A stretch of DNA of 64,000 nucleotides from Octopus sinensis (taxonomy: Eukaryota). The translations under genes were made by a program, and so were the position numbers. How positions within the stretch are numbered: position 1 is the first letter of the stretch; each line of letters begins with the position of its first letter. This document shows, in pieces, positions 1 to 12,764 of this stretch. The notes below the pieces were generated by a model. The model was not told where the DNA came from. It saw only the letters and a program-made list of their open reading frames with translations, and ran no database searches. The stretch lies in NCBI RefSeq assembly GCF_006345805.1, contig NC_043006.1:51894001-51958000 (forward strand). The letters run 5' to 3'.

Positions 1-185
1 GTTCATCTATGTTCCTGCTTTACGTTCTGAGTTCAAATTCCGCCGAGGTCACTTTGCCTGTCATCTTTTCGGGGTCGATTAACAAAGTACCAGTTACGCA
101 CTGGGTTTAATGTAATCGACTTAATCCCTTTGTCTGTCCTTGTTTGTCCCCTCTATGTTTAGCCCTTTGAGGGCAATAAAGAAAT
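1..185 (+). mobile_element. tRNA-type SINE, family a (head cut by window edge)
   Basis: B-box-like GAGTTCAAATTCC followed by the body tttcggggtcga...aagtaccagtt...gtaatcgactt. The same body recurs at about 17316, 22900, 39030, 48440, 48640, 57520 and 63780. Confidence 0.8.
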
Positions 186-618
186 ATATGTTCCTGCCTC
201 AAGGCTTTCATTCCATACGCCAGCTCAACGTGATTCGTTTCTATCAGTAGAAAGACACCTGTTGTTATTTTCTTGTTATTTGTAATTCAGTAACATTTTC
301 TCCGTTTTTAGCATTTTTATATGTTTTTTGTCTTTGTTGTCGTACACATTCGCTTGCTTTCTCCCAAAATATTTATGCTCTTAGCTTAGATTTTAGGGGC
401 CAGTCAGATTTAAACAGTCTCAAGTGTAACCGGCCGAAACTGTAAGGGTAATCTGGAAACTTGATTGAGGAGAGAAGGCCACGAATGGCCCGTCCTTGTT
501 TCGTCCTGTCCGCCTTTTTGTTCTTTTTCCTGTCCGACCTCGTATCGTCTATCTGTCCGGATGTTTTACTGTCGTCTGTTCTTGTTCCATTTTTGGGATT
601 TATATATATATATACATA

Positions 619-1332
619 TATCATCATCTTTTAACGTCCGCTTTCCATGCTAGCATGGGTTGGACGATTTTGACTGAAGGCTGGCGAACCAGATGGCTGC
701 ACCAGGCCCCAATCTTGATCTGGCAGAGTTTCTACAGCTGGATGCCCTTCCTAACGCCAACCACTCCGAGAGTGTAGTAGGTGTTTCTTACGTGCCGCCG
801 GCACGGAGGCCATTCAGGCGGTACTGGCAATGACCTCGCTCAAATCTTTTTACACATGACACCAGGACAGGTGTCAGTAGGGCGATGTTGGTAACGATCA
901 CGCTCGAATGGTGCCCTTTTACGTGCCATGGCAACGATCACGCTCGGATAGTGCTCTTGGCACCCTACTAGCACGGGTACAAGTGCCAGTAAGGCGACGC
1001 TGGTAACGATCACACTCGAATGGTGCCCTTTTATGTGTCACTGGCACGGAAGTCGGTTAGCCGCTCTGTCAACGATCACACTCATGGTGCTCTTTGCACC
1101 CCGCTAGCACGGATGCCAGTCATCGAATTTGATCTTGATTTTGATTTCGATTTCGATTTCACTTGCCTCAACAGGTCTTCGCAAGCAGAGTTTAGTGACC
1201 AAAGAACGAAAAGGTACGCATAAGCGGGCTGGTTACGCTTCTGGCACAGGCCACAGGTTATGGTCTCATTTGGCTTGCCGGGTCTTCTCAGGCACAGCAT
1301 ATTTCCAAAAGTCTCGGTCGCTAGTAATTTCC
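619..1332 (-). mobile_element. 3' end of RTE-clade-like LINE (ORF C-terminus plus repetitive 3' UTR)
   Basis: Minus strand reads ...EITSDRDFWKYAVPEKTRQAK*. The UTR has internal repeats of gtgatcgtt/ggcaccattcgag and ends ggcgttaggaagggcatccagctgtag...gcggacgttaaaagatgatgat. Confidence 0.65.
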
Positions 1333-1859
1333 TTGATGATATATATATATATATATATATAAGAAGGGATAGTATTACTAAAGTACTAACACGCGTGGCA
1401 AGCGAGTTATCAGTCGTACAGGTAAATTAATAAAATATATAATACAATATTTATATATATATATATACATGTATATATAAGAATACAAAAATGGGACAAG
1501 AACGCAAAATATCTAGACAGTTACATGATACAAAAATGGGACAACAAAACATCCAGAAAGTTAGGTGATACAAAAAAAGGGACAAGAAAATACAAGGACG
1601 AGTCATTCGGAATTTTCTTTCGTCAGTCGAGTTCCAGATTATCATTTCAGAGCACTAAATTCCTTAGAAGAAAGCAGTGAATGTATACAAAAACAAGGAC
1701 GGAAAAAAACGGAGAAATACAAATGCAAACAACAGGACATTAACAACAGATATCTTTCGACTAAGGACGAATTAAATTAAACTGGCGTGTGTCATCTCTT
1801 ATGTCCCTGCCGTGTCACGACAGGGACATAAGAGATGACAGGCATGGGAAGGAATATAG

Positions 1860-2290
1860 ATGTTGCACGGATGATAGTCGAACCAAGAAAGAAAGGTCAG
1901 GCTTGGCCGAACACACAAACATCTTCGACTGCGTATGGCATGCACATTTCCTACCTGACCGCCTACGGACGCTATATGTTTCTTATCTCTTGGATCGATT
2001 ACTTCCTATGAAATCGCACTATCGTGGTATGTTTCCATCTCATTCTCTATCAACTCCAGTGTTCCCCAGGATTCTTTATATCCTTCACTCTCTTCCTTTT
2101 GTTTGTCAATGATCTTGCCACGGCTTCCAACAACACCCACTATTATATTCAGACGACACGACTCGCCATTTCCCTCTAATACTCCTCAACTATGCATCAC
2201 CTACATGCAACCTAGACACTACATGCCAAAGCTTTCTTGATTCTTATTACGGAAATCTTGAGATCATTCTCCGCGTGGGACCATGTCAAT
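1860..2290 (+). pseudogene. highly degenerate CR1/L2-like reverse transcriptase remnant
   Basis: Frameshifted traces FLPDRLRT, SSVPQDS...(LFVNDL) and LLYSDDT match the GVPQGS/YADD region. Confidence 0.55.
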
Positions 2291-3343
2291 CTTGATTCCT
2301 TTAAAAGTAAAAAAAAAAAGAAAAAAAAGAAAAAGAAATCATCAAACATTACGCATATCTTGAAAACACAAGAGCACCGCCCCAAAAATGTGGAGTACTC
2401 TGCATGAGCTCTTATAATCGTTTCAAATACTGGGCCTCATTATCACCAAAGGTCTCACCAGTCAAAGAACATCCTTAGTATAGATTGGACTGCATCCCAA
2501 ATATCGGCCCTTCCTTTGAAGGTCAGAAAAATGTTCAGTCCCCTGCAATTATTGGCTCTCTATAAGGCACAGTCCTTTTTGCAGATCTGGGGCTAAGGTC
2601 GATAAAAACAAAAAAATGCAAAAGTACTGGAATAAATCAACAATAAATCAACAGCTGAATTTTATTGGACATTACGACATACCAGCAATTCCTGCATCTG
2701 TATCGACACATATCAAAGAAAAGGGATGTGAGTGTGCGTGTACACACATACACACACTTCCAAATATGTTTTTCTGTGTTTTTTTTCTGAATTACAATTT
2801 GATGAAGTCAGTACTATGTATTCCATGATAAACCTTAAGACAGCCTTACCGGACAATCTCACGGCTAGTTCTGTTACTCTGATAAAGCAATTTTATATTC
2901 TCCTATATATTTCTCCGCTGGTTTTGATACGCCAAAAATCTTCAAGAGTAGGTAGCAATGTTTAACGTACACGTTAAGTTTTAATGGCAATTTTTTTAAT
3001 GGGGGTGAGATAACCAAAATGTACCTATATTGTTTTGGCTATCCTTCTGATGACTAAAACAATAGGCTCATTTTTGATTCCATACACTTTGAGATTTACG
3101 TATTTTGCATTCTGTAACACAACAACATTCCGGCATCAGGATACGAAACACAAACAGCTGCGTTTGAATGGTAATACACCAGCTGGAATTTCAGACATTC
3201 TGCATCTTTCTTACAGACATAGAATGGAAGTGAAAAATACTGGAGCAATGTTGGAACTAAAGAACTAAATAAATACGATATACTTTAACCTGTTATTTTA
3301 TATAATTAGTTAACATAGAAAGTCGAGTGTTTTTATTCTAACA

Positions 3344-3876
3344 CGAGCAAAATGCACCAATGGACGGTGCTGAATTATATCTGCTGAATAAAAAGCAATC
3401 AGTGTTTTCTTTTCATTAAAAAATAATTAAGCATGCCTTTATTTCAATAAATTTGTTGGTTTTGTTAAACGAAGTTAAGGCAAAAAAAAAACCTCTTGAG
3501 AAACCAAATAGTCTTTCCTTCCTTCGTGCCAAGTTTGAAGAAAATATTTCTTTTGCATCTTACTTTTTTGGTCTCTTAAATATACTGCACTTTGTGGCAT
3601 TATTTCAAGCCAGCCGGCTTTTTTTTGCGCAAACTGCACGTGCATTTTTCTCGCGTACGCGTAGTATCGATCGCAACAGTTGATGTACTTGCGCTTACAA
3701 ATTCACGTACCCACGGCTTTATCGATCGCATTCTCACCTGGAATCGATTTTGTAATTTTTTCAAGACTTATATATGCCCTGATACCGTTGGTATCTACAT
3801 AACAAATTTGAGCGCAATCGGATGGAGGATCCTAGAAGACACACACAGACAGACAGAACGGATTTTATATAATAGA
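3344..3876 (-). mobile_element. probable non-autonomous Helitron-like element
   Basis: Minus strand starts A^TCTATTATATAAAATCC followed by a (CTGT)n/(GT)n microsatellite. It ends with a GCACC-gtccatt-GGTGC hairpin a few nt before CTCGT, a degenerate CTAGT. Confidence 0.5.
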
Positions 3877-4899
3877 TGTGCATACATACTCATACACACA
3901 TTAACACACAAACACGCACACAAACAGACACACATACACACAAACATATTTACATATGTACACACATAATAGTACTTGTTGATTCTGTTAGAAACAGAAA
4001 GAACTGCAATTAAAGTCAGGTACACAATACATCAAATGTCTCATATGATCGTTTCTGGAGAATTCATCATATTATCCTGGAATGTTACAGAACTAATCTT
4101 GGAAATGTCACCATTAAATAGTGTGTGTGTGTATGAGTCTCGATGTAGACGCTTGCATGGCATGGTGCAGAGTCCTGTTGCCATACATAGGGTCTTCCAG
4201 CAGCCACCCTCTTGACCCAGGGCAGCACTACCTCCTCAATGTACTTGTGTTGCGTGTGAGGCAGTGTGAGAAGATGAATGAAGGCATAACATCGCCATCA
4301 CTAGTGATTACTCCAAAGAACATCATGTTGACTGGTTGTTTGATTTTTATCACTCTCGGTACATATCCTTAAATTGCACTGTCCTCAGATTGACACTCAA
4401 ACACTCTGAAATGTTCGTATTGAAGCTTCTGGAGCGAATACCAATCGGTACAGCATGTCGTTTTCAAATTTCTGAATTGTATCATGGTGCTGTTTTTCTC
4501 ACAGACAGTACCCAACAGACCCTACTATACTGTGTAGTCGACAAAATCAAAAACAAACAATGCGCATGCGTGAAATTAAAAATATAAAATGATGACAATT
4601 TACCCATCGCACCCTACGTATGTGTGTGTGTGTGTGTGTGTAGTTACGTATTACTAATCACTAGAAAATCTTTTTTTTCGTAGAAACAAAATCAGTAATT
4701 GAATGAGAACAAACACTACATGAAATAGAATTAAACATTCATTGTTTTAAAGGTTAGCTGTATCTTCGGATTTTCGTAAAATCAAGTTTTTGTTAACTGC
4801 GCAGGAAGAATAGAAGTTAATCAAATATACATACATAGCTATGTACACAAACACTCTCGCGCGCGCCCACAAATATGGTTAGACAGAGTTAGACAAACA

Positions 4900-4944
4900 G
4901 ACAAAAACAGATAAATAGATAGAAAGAACGAAAGATAGATAGAC

Positions 4945-5002
<58 letters not shown>

Positions 5003-5266
5003 GTAGATAGATGGATAGATAGGTAGGTAGATAGATAAGTTTCTTTATTGGCCACACAGGGCTGCACACAGATGGGACAAGTTACAAGGTAGAGCTTTTC
5101 TTTTGGGGGATGAAAAAAACAAAACACAAAAGAAACAAAAAAAAGGGGTGGCGTAGGTTTTCGATCAAGAGGGATCGTAAAAGGGAAGAAAAGAACAAAA
5201 AAAAGGTAGATAGATAGATAGATGGCTAAATGGATGGATGGATAGATAGGTAGGTAGATAGGTAGG

Positions 5267-5330
<64 letters not shown>

Positions 5331-5500
5331 CAGATATGTAGGTAGGTATATAGGTAGATTGGTAGGTAAGTAGATAGATACATAGATAGACAGACAGACA
5401 GATAGACAAATAGATAGATAGTTAGATAGATAGATAGATAGATAGATGATAGATAGATAGATAGATAGATAGATATAGGTACATGGGTGGATAAATAGAT
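4900..5500. repeat. (GATA)n/(GACA)n microsatellite block, interrupted at about 5040-5205 by a repeat fragment
   Basis: Directly visible tandem gata runs; source of the spurious YLSI ORFs. Confidence 0.95.
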
Positions 5501-6032
5501 AAATACACGAGTAGATACACACAGATATACACACACATACACACATACATATAAACATGGGTAGATAAATGGGTACCTAATGAAGTAGATGTATAGCTAT
5601 ATGGCTACAGATATAGATGGATACATGGGTGGGTAGAGGGATAGATGAACACAGATACCTGGGTAGATAGTTTGATATATATATACATATATGGAGAGAG
5701 AGAGAGAGATAGAGAAACAGACAGACTGTAGGATGGAGGGAGAGAGAGATAGCGAGAGAGACAGTGGGAGGGAGAGGTAGCGAAAGATAGAAATGCGGGT
5801 TACCAAAAGTGGGACAAATAGTTTTGAGGATTGGTACAGAGTTATCGATTAAGAAAATATTGATAATAATAAATCAATGGAAATAGCCGAAGTGTATTTA
5901 TATTCAATATTTGGTGAAAGGGAAAATAAATATTTAAATAGGCACATGTATAGAATGAAAGTCGGGTAAAGTATGGGTATGTATGTATGTATGTATGTAT
6001 GTATGTATGTATGTATGTATGTATGTATGTAT

Positions 6033-6193
6033 AGGCGCAGGGGTGGCTGTGGGTTAAGTAGCTTGCTTACCAACCGCTTGGTTCCGGGTTCAGTCCCACT
6101 GCGTGGCACCTTGGACAAGTGTTTTCTACTATAGCCTCGGGCCGACCAAAGCTTCGTGACTGGATTTGGTAGACGGAAACTGAAAGAAGCCCG

Positions 6194-6240
<47 letters not shown>

Positions 6241-6475
6241 GTATGTTTCTGTGTCTGTGTTTGTCCCCGCAACATCGCTTGACAACCGATGCTGGTGTGT
6301 TTATGTCCCCGTTACTAAACGGTTCGGCAAGAGAGAGAGAGCGATGGAATAAGTACTAGGCTTACAAAGAATAAGTCCTGGCGTCGATTTGCTCGACTAA
6401 AGGTGGTGCTCAAGCATGGCCGCAGTCAAATGACTGAAACAAATAAAAGAATAAAAAGAAAGAAAGAATAAAGAA
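6033..6475 (+). mobile_element. tRNA-type SINE, family b (full length)
   Basis: aggcgcaggggtggctgtgggttaag head, GGTTCAGTCC B-box, gcaccttggacaagtg core, internal (TA)/(TG) tract and A-rich tail. Same family at 14844, 19689, 21488 and 41955. Confidence 0.85.
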
Positions 6476-8024
6476 TTATGTATGTGTGTGTGTGTGTGTG
6501 CATGTACGCATGACTGTATGTACATATGTATGAGGTTTAGTATGGAGGGTTATGAACTTATGAAATAAAGTCGCTGAATTTGAAGATGTCCGTATTCGTT
6601 AATGACAGATATTATAGAGAACTGAGAAAAGTGGTAATAGAATATTTTTCTAAGTTTCAAAAAGAACTAACTAGTTATAAATACGTTAAAAGTAGAGTAT
6701 TTCGAAGCAGAAAAATTAACTTAAAAATACTCTTACAAAAGTTTGTTTGATAACAAGTATTAAATAGTATCTGTTTTTTAATCTACTGTACAATGCACAT
6801 GATTACAATAACATGGGTGTCTTCCGGGTGAAATACATTCGATTATACCAAGGGCAATTACTCTTTATATGAATTTATTTTCCCTTTATTTATTTGTGCA
6901 GTTATCTTCAAAAATAAAATTCTGAACAGTAATGTGGTGGAATTACTGTATCTAACTACTAGAGATCACAATAAGAAAAGCTGCTTTTCATAATTTAATA
7001 AAGACGGAAATCAGTCCCCATAATCTTTACAAAGCCTCTTATATTGAGGGAGTAAAGGAGGTGTCCTCAAGCCGGAGATTTGGCCCGAATACTCTTAATG
7101 TAGTTGATTCTGTTAAACGCCGCAAGGTGACCTTTAGCGGTAATAGATGGTGTTGTCAAGATCGGTTTAGGGATTAATGCTACTATCCAAGAAGACCTCG
7201 ACGTCTTCCAACTCCAAACGCAAGACTACATCCCATCTGATGGTCTAATGATCCCGCCAATCCACAGCCCGAGAATGGTGCTTTACCAAATTCGGAAAGA
7301 TGCAAGAGAAAGTTGACTTCGGAGGAATTCGAACATAGAAAGCAAAAAGGAATTTTGCCATTGACTCTAACAATTGACTCAATTCATTGCCTACTATCAC
7401 TGCTTTCTTAAACATATATTTTAAAAATCATGTATGTTATATTGAAATAAGTATGTGTACAGATTAATTTGAAACACTATGAATTTATAAGAATTAATAC
7501 GTTTGCAATTATTACTTCGATTAAAAGCGTTGAGCGGCCTCAAATTAATTTAATTCGATACTTTCATATTATAATGACTGTAACAAATTTAGGTTGATAG
7601 TATTATAATGCTTATACAATTAGGACTTAGAAGAAGTGGTGTAATTTAAAGAAAAAGTGGGTAAATAAAAATTAAATCTAAGGAAATCAAGTGTAGTGAG
7701 AGGTATTACGTACATTTCAAATAAGATGAGTTATTACAATATATATTTTGTGTAAAATATTATGTATAAATGTATAGAAATATAAACACAATTAGGAATT
7801 AGATATAATGTGTAAAAATAGTGCCTCTTAATTTTCATGAAAATAACCAAATAGTTTGTAAGAAAGCATAAAAGAGAAAAATAAAAATTGCATATTTTAA
7901 ATATATAAAGTGCTTTATAAATGATAGTTTGAAATTAATAAAACATGTTACTGAAAGCACACGTAATTGTAATAAGGTTGAATTAAAAAAGAATAGCTTA
8001 AAATTATCTCCCCTTTTGACTTAC

Positions 8025-8417
8025 CAACTATTTGAGCTAGTTTAAAAATCCCAAATTTCATATATTCCCTTTCTATCAATGTAAAGACAGAATCTCTACA
8101 CAAGAAAGAATCAACAAGAAGAATCTTTTTATTGAAAAATTCCAAACGCTTCTTAATATGCAAACTCCACGGTGACTATATTCTTTTTTCTAGCATCCTG
8201 TCTGACAAAAATTGATATAAGCATCCTGTTTGACAAAAAATCCAGCATTCCAATTAAATCCACAGAATTGTCTCCCCTTATTCACAGGAACTGGATAACT
8301 CCCACCTTATTTCTTGTTTTGATACACAATCACCCAACTTCTTCAAACAAAACACTACACTTAAACACATGCATCCTAACCCTCCAAAGAGGTTTTTCCA
8401 AGGACTAATATTGAACT
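8025..8417 (-). other. candidate exon of an unidentified minus-strand transcript
   Basis: Acceptor ctttatgttttcag at 8418 and donor g|gtaagtc at 8024; an upstream donor g|gtaagtcag at 8645 would define a 228-nt AT-rich intron. No long ORF. Confidence 0.3.
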
Positions 8418-9004
8418 CTGAAAACATAAAGACTCTACTATGTATTGGTATACTTATTTATTAATTTTTGTATAATTTTATTATTATTTTTTTGAAAAAA
8501 CATTGTAAATTTCTTTTTTCCCCTTCCTCAATTTAAAAAAAAATATTTTTCCCCTTCCAAATCTTGAAAATTTGCCTTACAATAAAAGCCGGTTTGATTT
8601 CTTTTTTTAAATTTTCATACATTTTATTAAAATGTACTGACTTACCTTCGAAACACGCAATGAGTCGAAACAGGGGCAGCTGAAGAAGGGGAATGTTCCC
8701 TCTGTTGTTTGTCTTGTACTCTGTTTTTTCGTTGTTAAAAAATAAGTCCGTTTCCTTGTTTGTATTTATGTTTTTGTTTCTCGTCGTGTTCTACATTTAT
8801 TTGTGGTGTCCTGTACTCATATATGATTGTATATATACATATATATGTAGGTATGTACATATATGTACGTATGTATGCATACGTTTTATTTTTTAAATTG
8901 TTATATATATATATATATATATATAAACGATAAACGTCGCCCTTTTCAAGCCTAGCCAGGCTCACGGGTTTCCCGGTTTCTGTGGCGTATGTATACCCCC
9001 CAGC

Positions 9005-9444
9005 TGGACAGAATTAATAGTCAAAACTATTTAAGTATTTTATCTGATCAAATTCATCCCATGTTTCGGAACTGTTTCCAGAGTGAAACGCAATCTTTCA
9101 GGATTATAATGCACCAATTCACACAGCTAAAGTTGTTACTAAATGGCATCAGGAACAATCTAGTGAGGTTGAACATCTTACCTGGCCACCACAGCCCCCA
9201 GATCTCAATATTATTAAACTTTTATGGTGCAATTTAGTAAAACAAGTAAAGAGTCGATATCTTCCACCATCATCGCTACAAGAACTGTAGACCGTTTTAG
9301 CCGAAGAAAGGACAAAACTTCCTTTGGAAACAATTCAACTTTGTACGAGTCCGTACCTCGTAGACGTCAAGCTGTAATTACTACCATAACAAAATTAATT
9401 TGTTTGAAATGTTAAGGGGTTTCCATTATTTTGTCCAACCCCTG
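9005..9444 (+). mobile_element. Tc1-like DNA transposon, 3' fragment with right TIR
   Basis: Frameshifted FQDYNAPIHTAK...HLTWPPQ(S)PDLNII motifs. Ends ttccattattttgtccaacccctg|TA; the same TIR is at 43792. Confidence 0.8.
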
Positions 9445-9504
9445 TATATGTATGTATATATATATATAAATATATATATATATATTTCATCCCGGTTTTC
9501 AAAC

Positions 9505-11010
9505 AGGGAAACAGATCCCTCGCAGTCAACTATCGCCCAATCTCACTCACCTCCCACATCATTAAAGTGTTTGAAAGAGTGTTAAGATCAAGGATAGCTG
9601 ACTTCCTGGAGACCCACAAACTCCTAAATTCAAATCAGCATGGCTTTCGCTGTGGCAGGGACTGTCTAACACAGCTCTTACACCACATTGAAGATGTACT
9701 CAAAGCCTTGGGAATAGGTTCGAACTCTGACGTCATATATCTTGACTTCAGTAAAGCGTTCGACAGGGTAGACCATAACATCCTACTCTCAAAATTGGCA
9801 AATGTTGTAATCCGTGGAAAAGTTCTACACTGGATTAAGTGTTTCCTGGCGAATAGAACACAACATGTTGTAGTTGATGGAGTCCACTCAAACCCAGCAA
9901 AAGTCACCAGCGGTGTTCCCCAGGGAACTGTTTTGGGTCCGCTACTCTTCATAATTTACGTAAACGACCTTTCCAGTGTCGTACATCATTGCAAAGTGAA
10001 AATATTCGCTGATGACACTAAGCTCCAGCAAATCGTCAATGAAGAAGCAGACCGAACTCAACTCCAGTCTGATCTATATGCTGTGAGTCAATGGGCAGAC
10101 AGAAACAAAATGCAACTGAATGAGGGAAAATTTGAGCTGATGCATTTTGGAAGAAATTCCTCACTAAAACAACCATACTCTCTTCCTTCAGGGGAACCGC
10201 TCACAACCTCTAACAATATCAGAGACCTGGGTGTAATTGTTGATGACGATCTCAGTTGGAGTGCACACATCAACAAGAAGGTCGATATAGCTCGTAGGAT
10301 GAGTTCCTGGATCTTAAGAACTTTCCGGTCCAGAGAACAAGGTGTCATCATACCACTTTTTTCCTCCTTTGTACGGCCACACCTTGAATACTGCTGCCCA
10401 CTGTGGTCTCCTCACACAAGACAAAACATCTCCAGAATTGAGTCACCCCAGAGGGCTCTCACTAAACAAATTGAAGGCATGGCTGCTCTCGATTATTGGG
10501 ATCGCCTTAAAGCCTTGAAACTTTACTCCCTCCAGCGTCGCCGTGAGCGGTACATCATTTGTACGATGTGGAAAATATACCGCCAACTTTGCCCAAACGA
10601 CCTAAACATTAGCTTCAAGTTTCATCCAAGACTTGGACCACGTGCTATACGTCCCCTGCCCAATTCAAGATCACAACATACATGTACACTGCAACATAAT
10701 TTCTTTTCCTCAACAGGCCCTGCCCTATTTAACATTGTCCCGAAGGAGATCAAAGAGGAAAAGGATCCCATCAACTTTAAACAGAGTCTGGATAGATTCC
10801 TTCAAAGAATACCAGATAAGCCACCCATAATTGGATACAACTCACCCAACAAGAACTCACTACTTGAACAAAACTGGATACAACTCACCCAACAAGAACT
10901 CACTACTTGAACAAAACTTGACTTAAACAGGATTCGAATAATCCTATCAGGTGGTGCTATTAAGTTAGACATGGCCTGGACCAATCTCTGGTCGAAACAT
11001 ATCTAAGTTT
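9505..11010 (+). mobile_element. 5'-truncated CR1-clade LINE with uninterrupted RT ORF (9567-10910, 447 aa)
   Basis: NYRPISLTS, YLDFSKAFDRVDH, SGVPQGTVLGPLLF, IFADDTK, RPHLEYCCPLWSP and LYSLQRRRER motifs; 3' tail is tandem (tatctaagtt)2. Confidence 0.92.
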
Positions 11011-11015
11011 ATCTA

Positions 11016-11081
<66 letters not shown>

Positions 11082-11446
11082 TATATATATATAATATATA
11101 TTATACATGTGTATATATATAATATAATATACATGTGTATATATATATAATATTATATACTTGCAACACTTGCAGATGAAAGAGCCTCTTGTTGGCATTG
11201 GAGTAAGAGAGAAGAGTAAAGCTGGAAGCCAGAAGAAGCCAGGAGCAGTGACTTGGCCACCTCTGCTGACCCAACGGGAGGGTGTTACAGTTCAGGGTCG
11301 AAACACCCGACGAACGTTGGATACCATCTGATGACATCAGTTCCTCCTGGCCATGGCTCTATTTGATAAATGGAAAAAAATCACCTCCTTATAGGTGTTA
11401 TTAAAAACACACACACACACACATGTATGTATATATGTATTATGTA

Positions 11447-11524
<78 letters not shown>

Positions 11525-11530
11525 ATACAT

Positions 11531-11830
11531 ACAATTGCAGCGTGGAAGGTGTTTATAAGCCATATAAGAAACACACAAAAGCCGTTCGATTCACTTCAAC
11601 ATTTAAGTTTAATTTGTCAAAATATTTTCGTCGCTTTGAAACCGCGACCTGTTCACTGACAAAAGTTCGTGCTGTATCACTGAGATGCAGCATGAAGTTT
11701 TGTCAGTGAAAAGGTCGCGGTTTCAAAGCAACGAAAATATTTTGACAAATTAAATTTAAATGTTGAAGCGAATCTAACGGTGTTGTGTGTTTCTTAAATG
11801 GCTTATAAACACCTTCCACGCTGCAATTGT
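11531..11830. repeat. 300-bp foldback (imperfect inverted repeat, about 147-bp arms)
   Basis: acaattgcagcgtggaaggtgtttataagcca... is mirrored by ...tggcttataaacaccttccacgctgcaattgt around a 5-nt spacer actga. Confidence 0.95.
11613..11663 (-). ncRNA. candidate minimal type I hammerhead ribozyme with G3-C8 core variant
   Basis: Minus strand: UUUGUCA-GUGAACA-G-GUCGC-gguuucaaa-GCGAC-GAAA-AUAUU-U-UGACAAA. Stem I is 7 bp, stem II is 5 bp, and stem III is the palindrome AAUAUU. Confidence 0.55.
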
Positions 11831-11888
11831 TTTCGTTTCAGCACACACGATCTCAGATCAAATTACTTGCTATGCGAGTACATCTCCG

Positions 11889-11969
<81 letters not shown>

Positions 11970-12012
11970 ACCTACTTACCTTCATAATACAGCCGCACTC
12001 ATATATATTTAC

Positions 12013-12074
<62 letters not shown>

Positions 12075-12710
12075 ATATATATATATCTATCTACATGTAT
12101 ATATATATGCATTTATATAGAGTGATATATAATCTTGCATATACTCGTATATGATAAGGCATGTAACGAGTGCATATCGTGCACTATATTAGTGCGATGC
12201 TTTATTCAAGAGAAATATTTATTAACAAAGATTTGTTATTTTCATTTTTATTTATTTCAAAATTAATACAAATCTACAAAAGTTTGATAGAAGGTATATT
12301 AAGTGAATAAATTAAAGTGCTCATTGTATAATAATTAATTGAATTATAATTGAGAGGTTACAACAACTGGATTTGCAGCAAATAGTGGATTTAATCATCG
12401 TCCTATTGTTCTCATACATGTGATTTATTGTGATTTGTGGGATTGTGGAATTTTGAGTGTGATTGGCTGGATGACGAGTAAAAGGAAATTAGTTATGGGG
12501 TGTGCGATAGATTAAAAGACTCGGGAGTAAATGGGTTAACTTTTAAAAGATAGGTACAGAAATGCAAAGAACAAAATATATTGTCAAAGAACAAGGGGAA
12601 GAAATGGGTTTAGGATATAGGTGTGTATGTTTATACGAATGTGTGTATGTATGGAGGAAGAGAAAAGGAAAAGTGAGAGAGAGAAGGAGAGAGAGAGAAG
12701 GAGAGAGAGA

Positions 12711-12764
<54 letters not shown>

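Noticed and set aside
780-1090. Spaced short direct repeats (gtgatcgtt / aacgatcac) superficially like a CRISPR array
   Set aside because: Irregular lengths, related spacers, eukaryotic context and no cas genes; part of the LINE 3' UTR.
1590-1635. CUGACGA...UUCC-GAAU hammerhead-like trace on the minus strand
   Set aside because: GAAA is broken and no stem I pairing was found; at best a heavily decayed copy.
4561-4570. TGCGCATGCG, an NRF-1-like promoter motif
   Set aside because: Single short motif with no supporting promoter context or linked exon.
8645-8705. tcgaaac...ctgaagaaggggaatgttccc resembling hammerhead parts
   Set aside because: No GAAA follows the putative stem II and the order does not fit any permutation I could fold.
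11270-11345. Hairpin with gaaac and ctgatga motifs
   Set aside because: Spacing is too short for type III and stems are inconsistent for type II; ctgatgacatcag is only a short near-palindrome.
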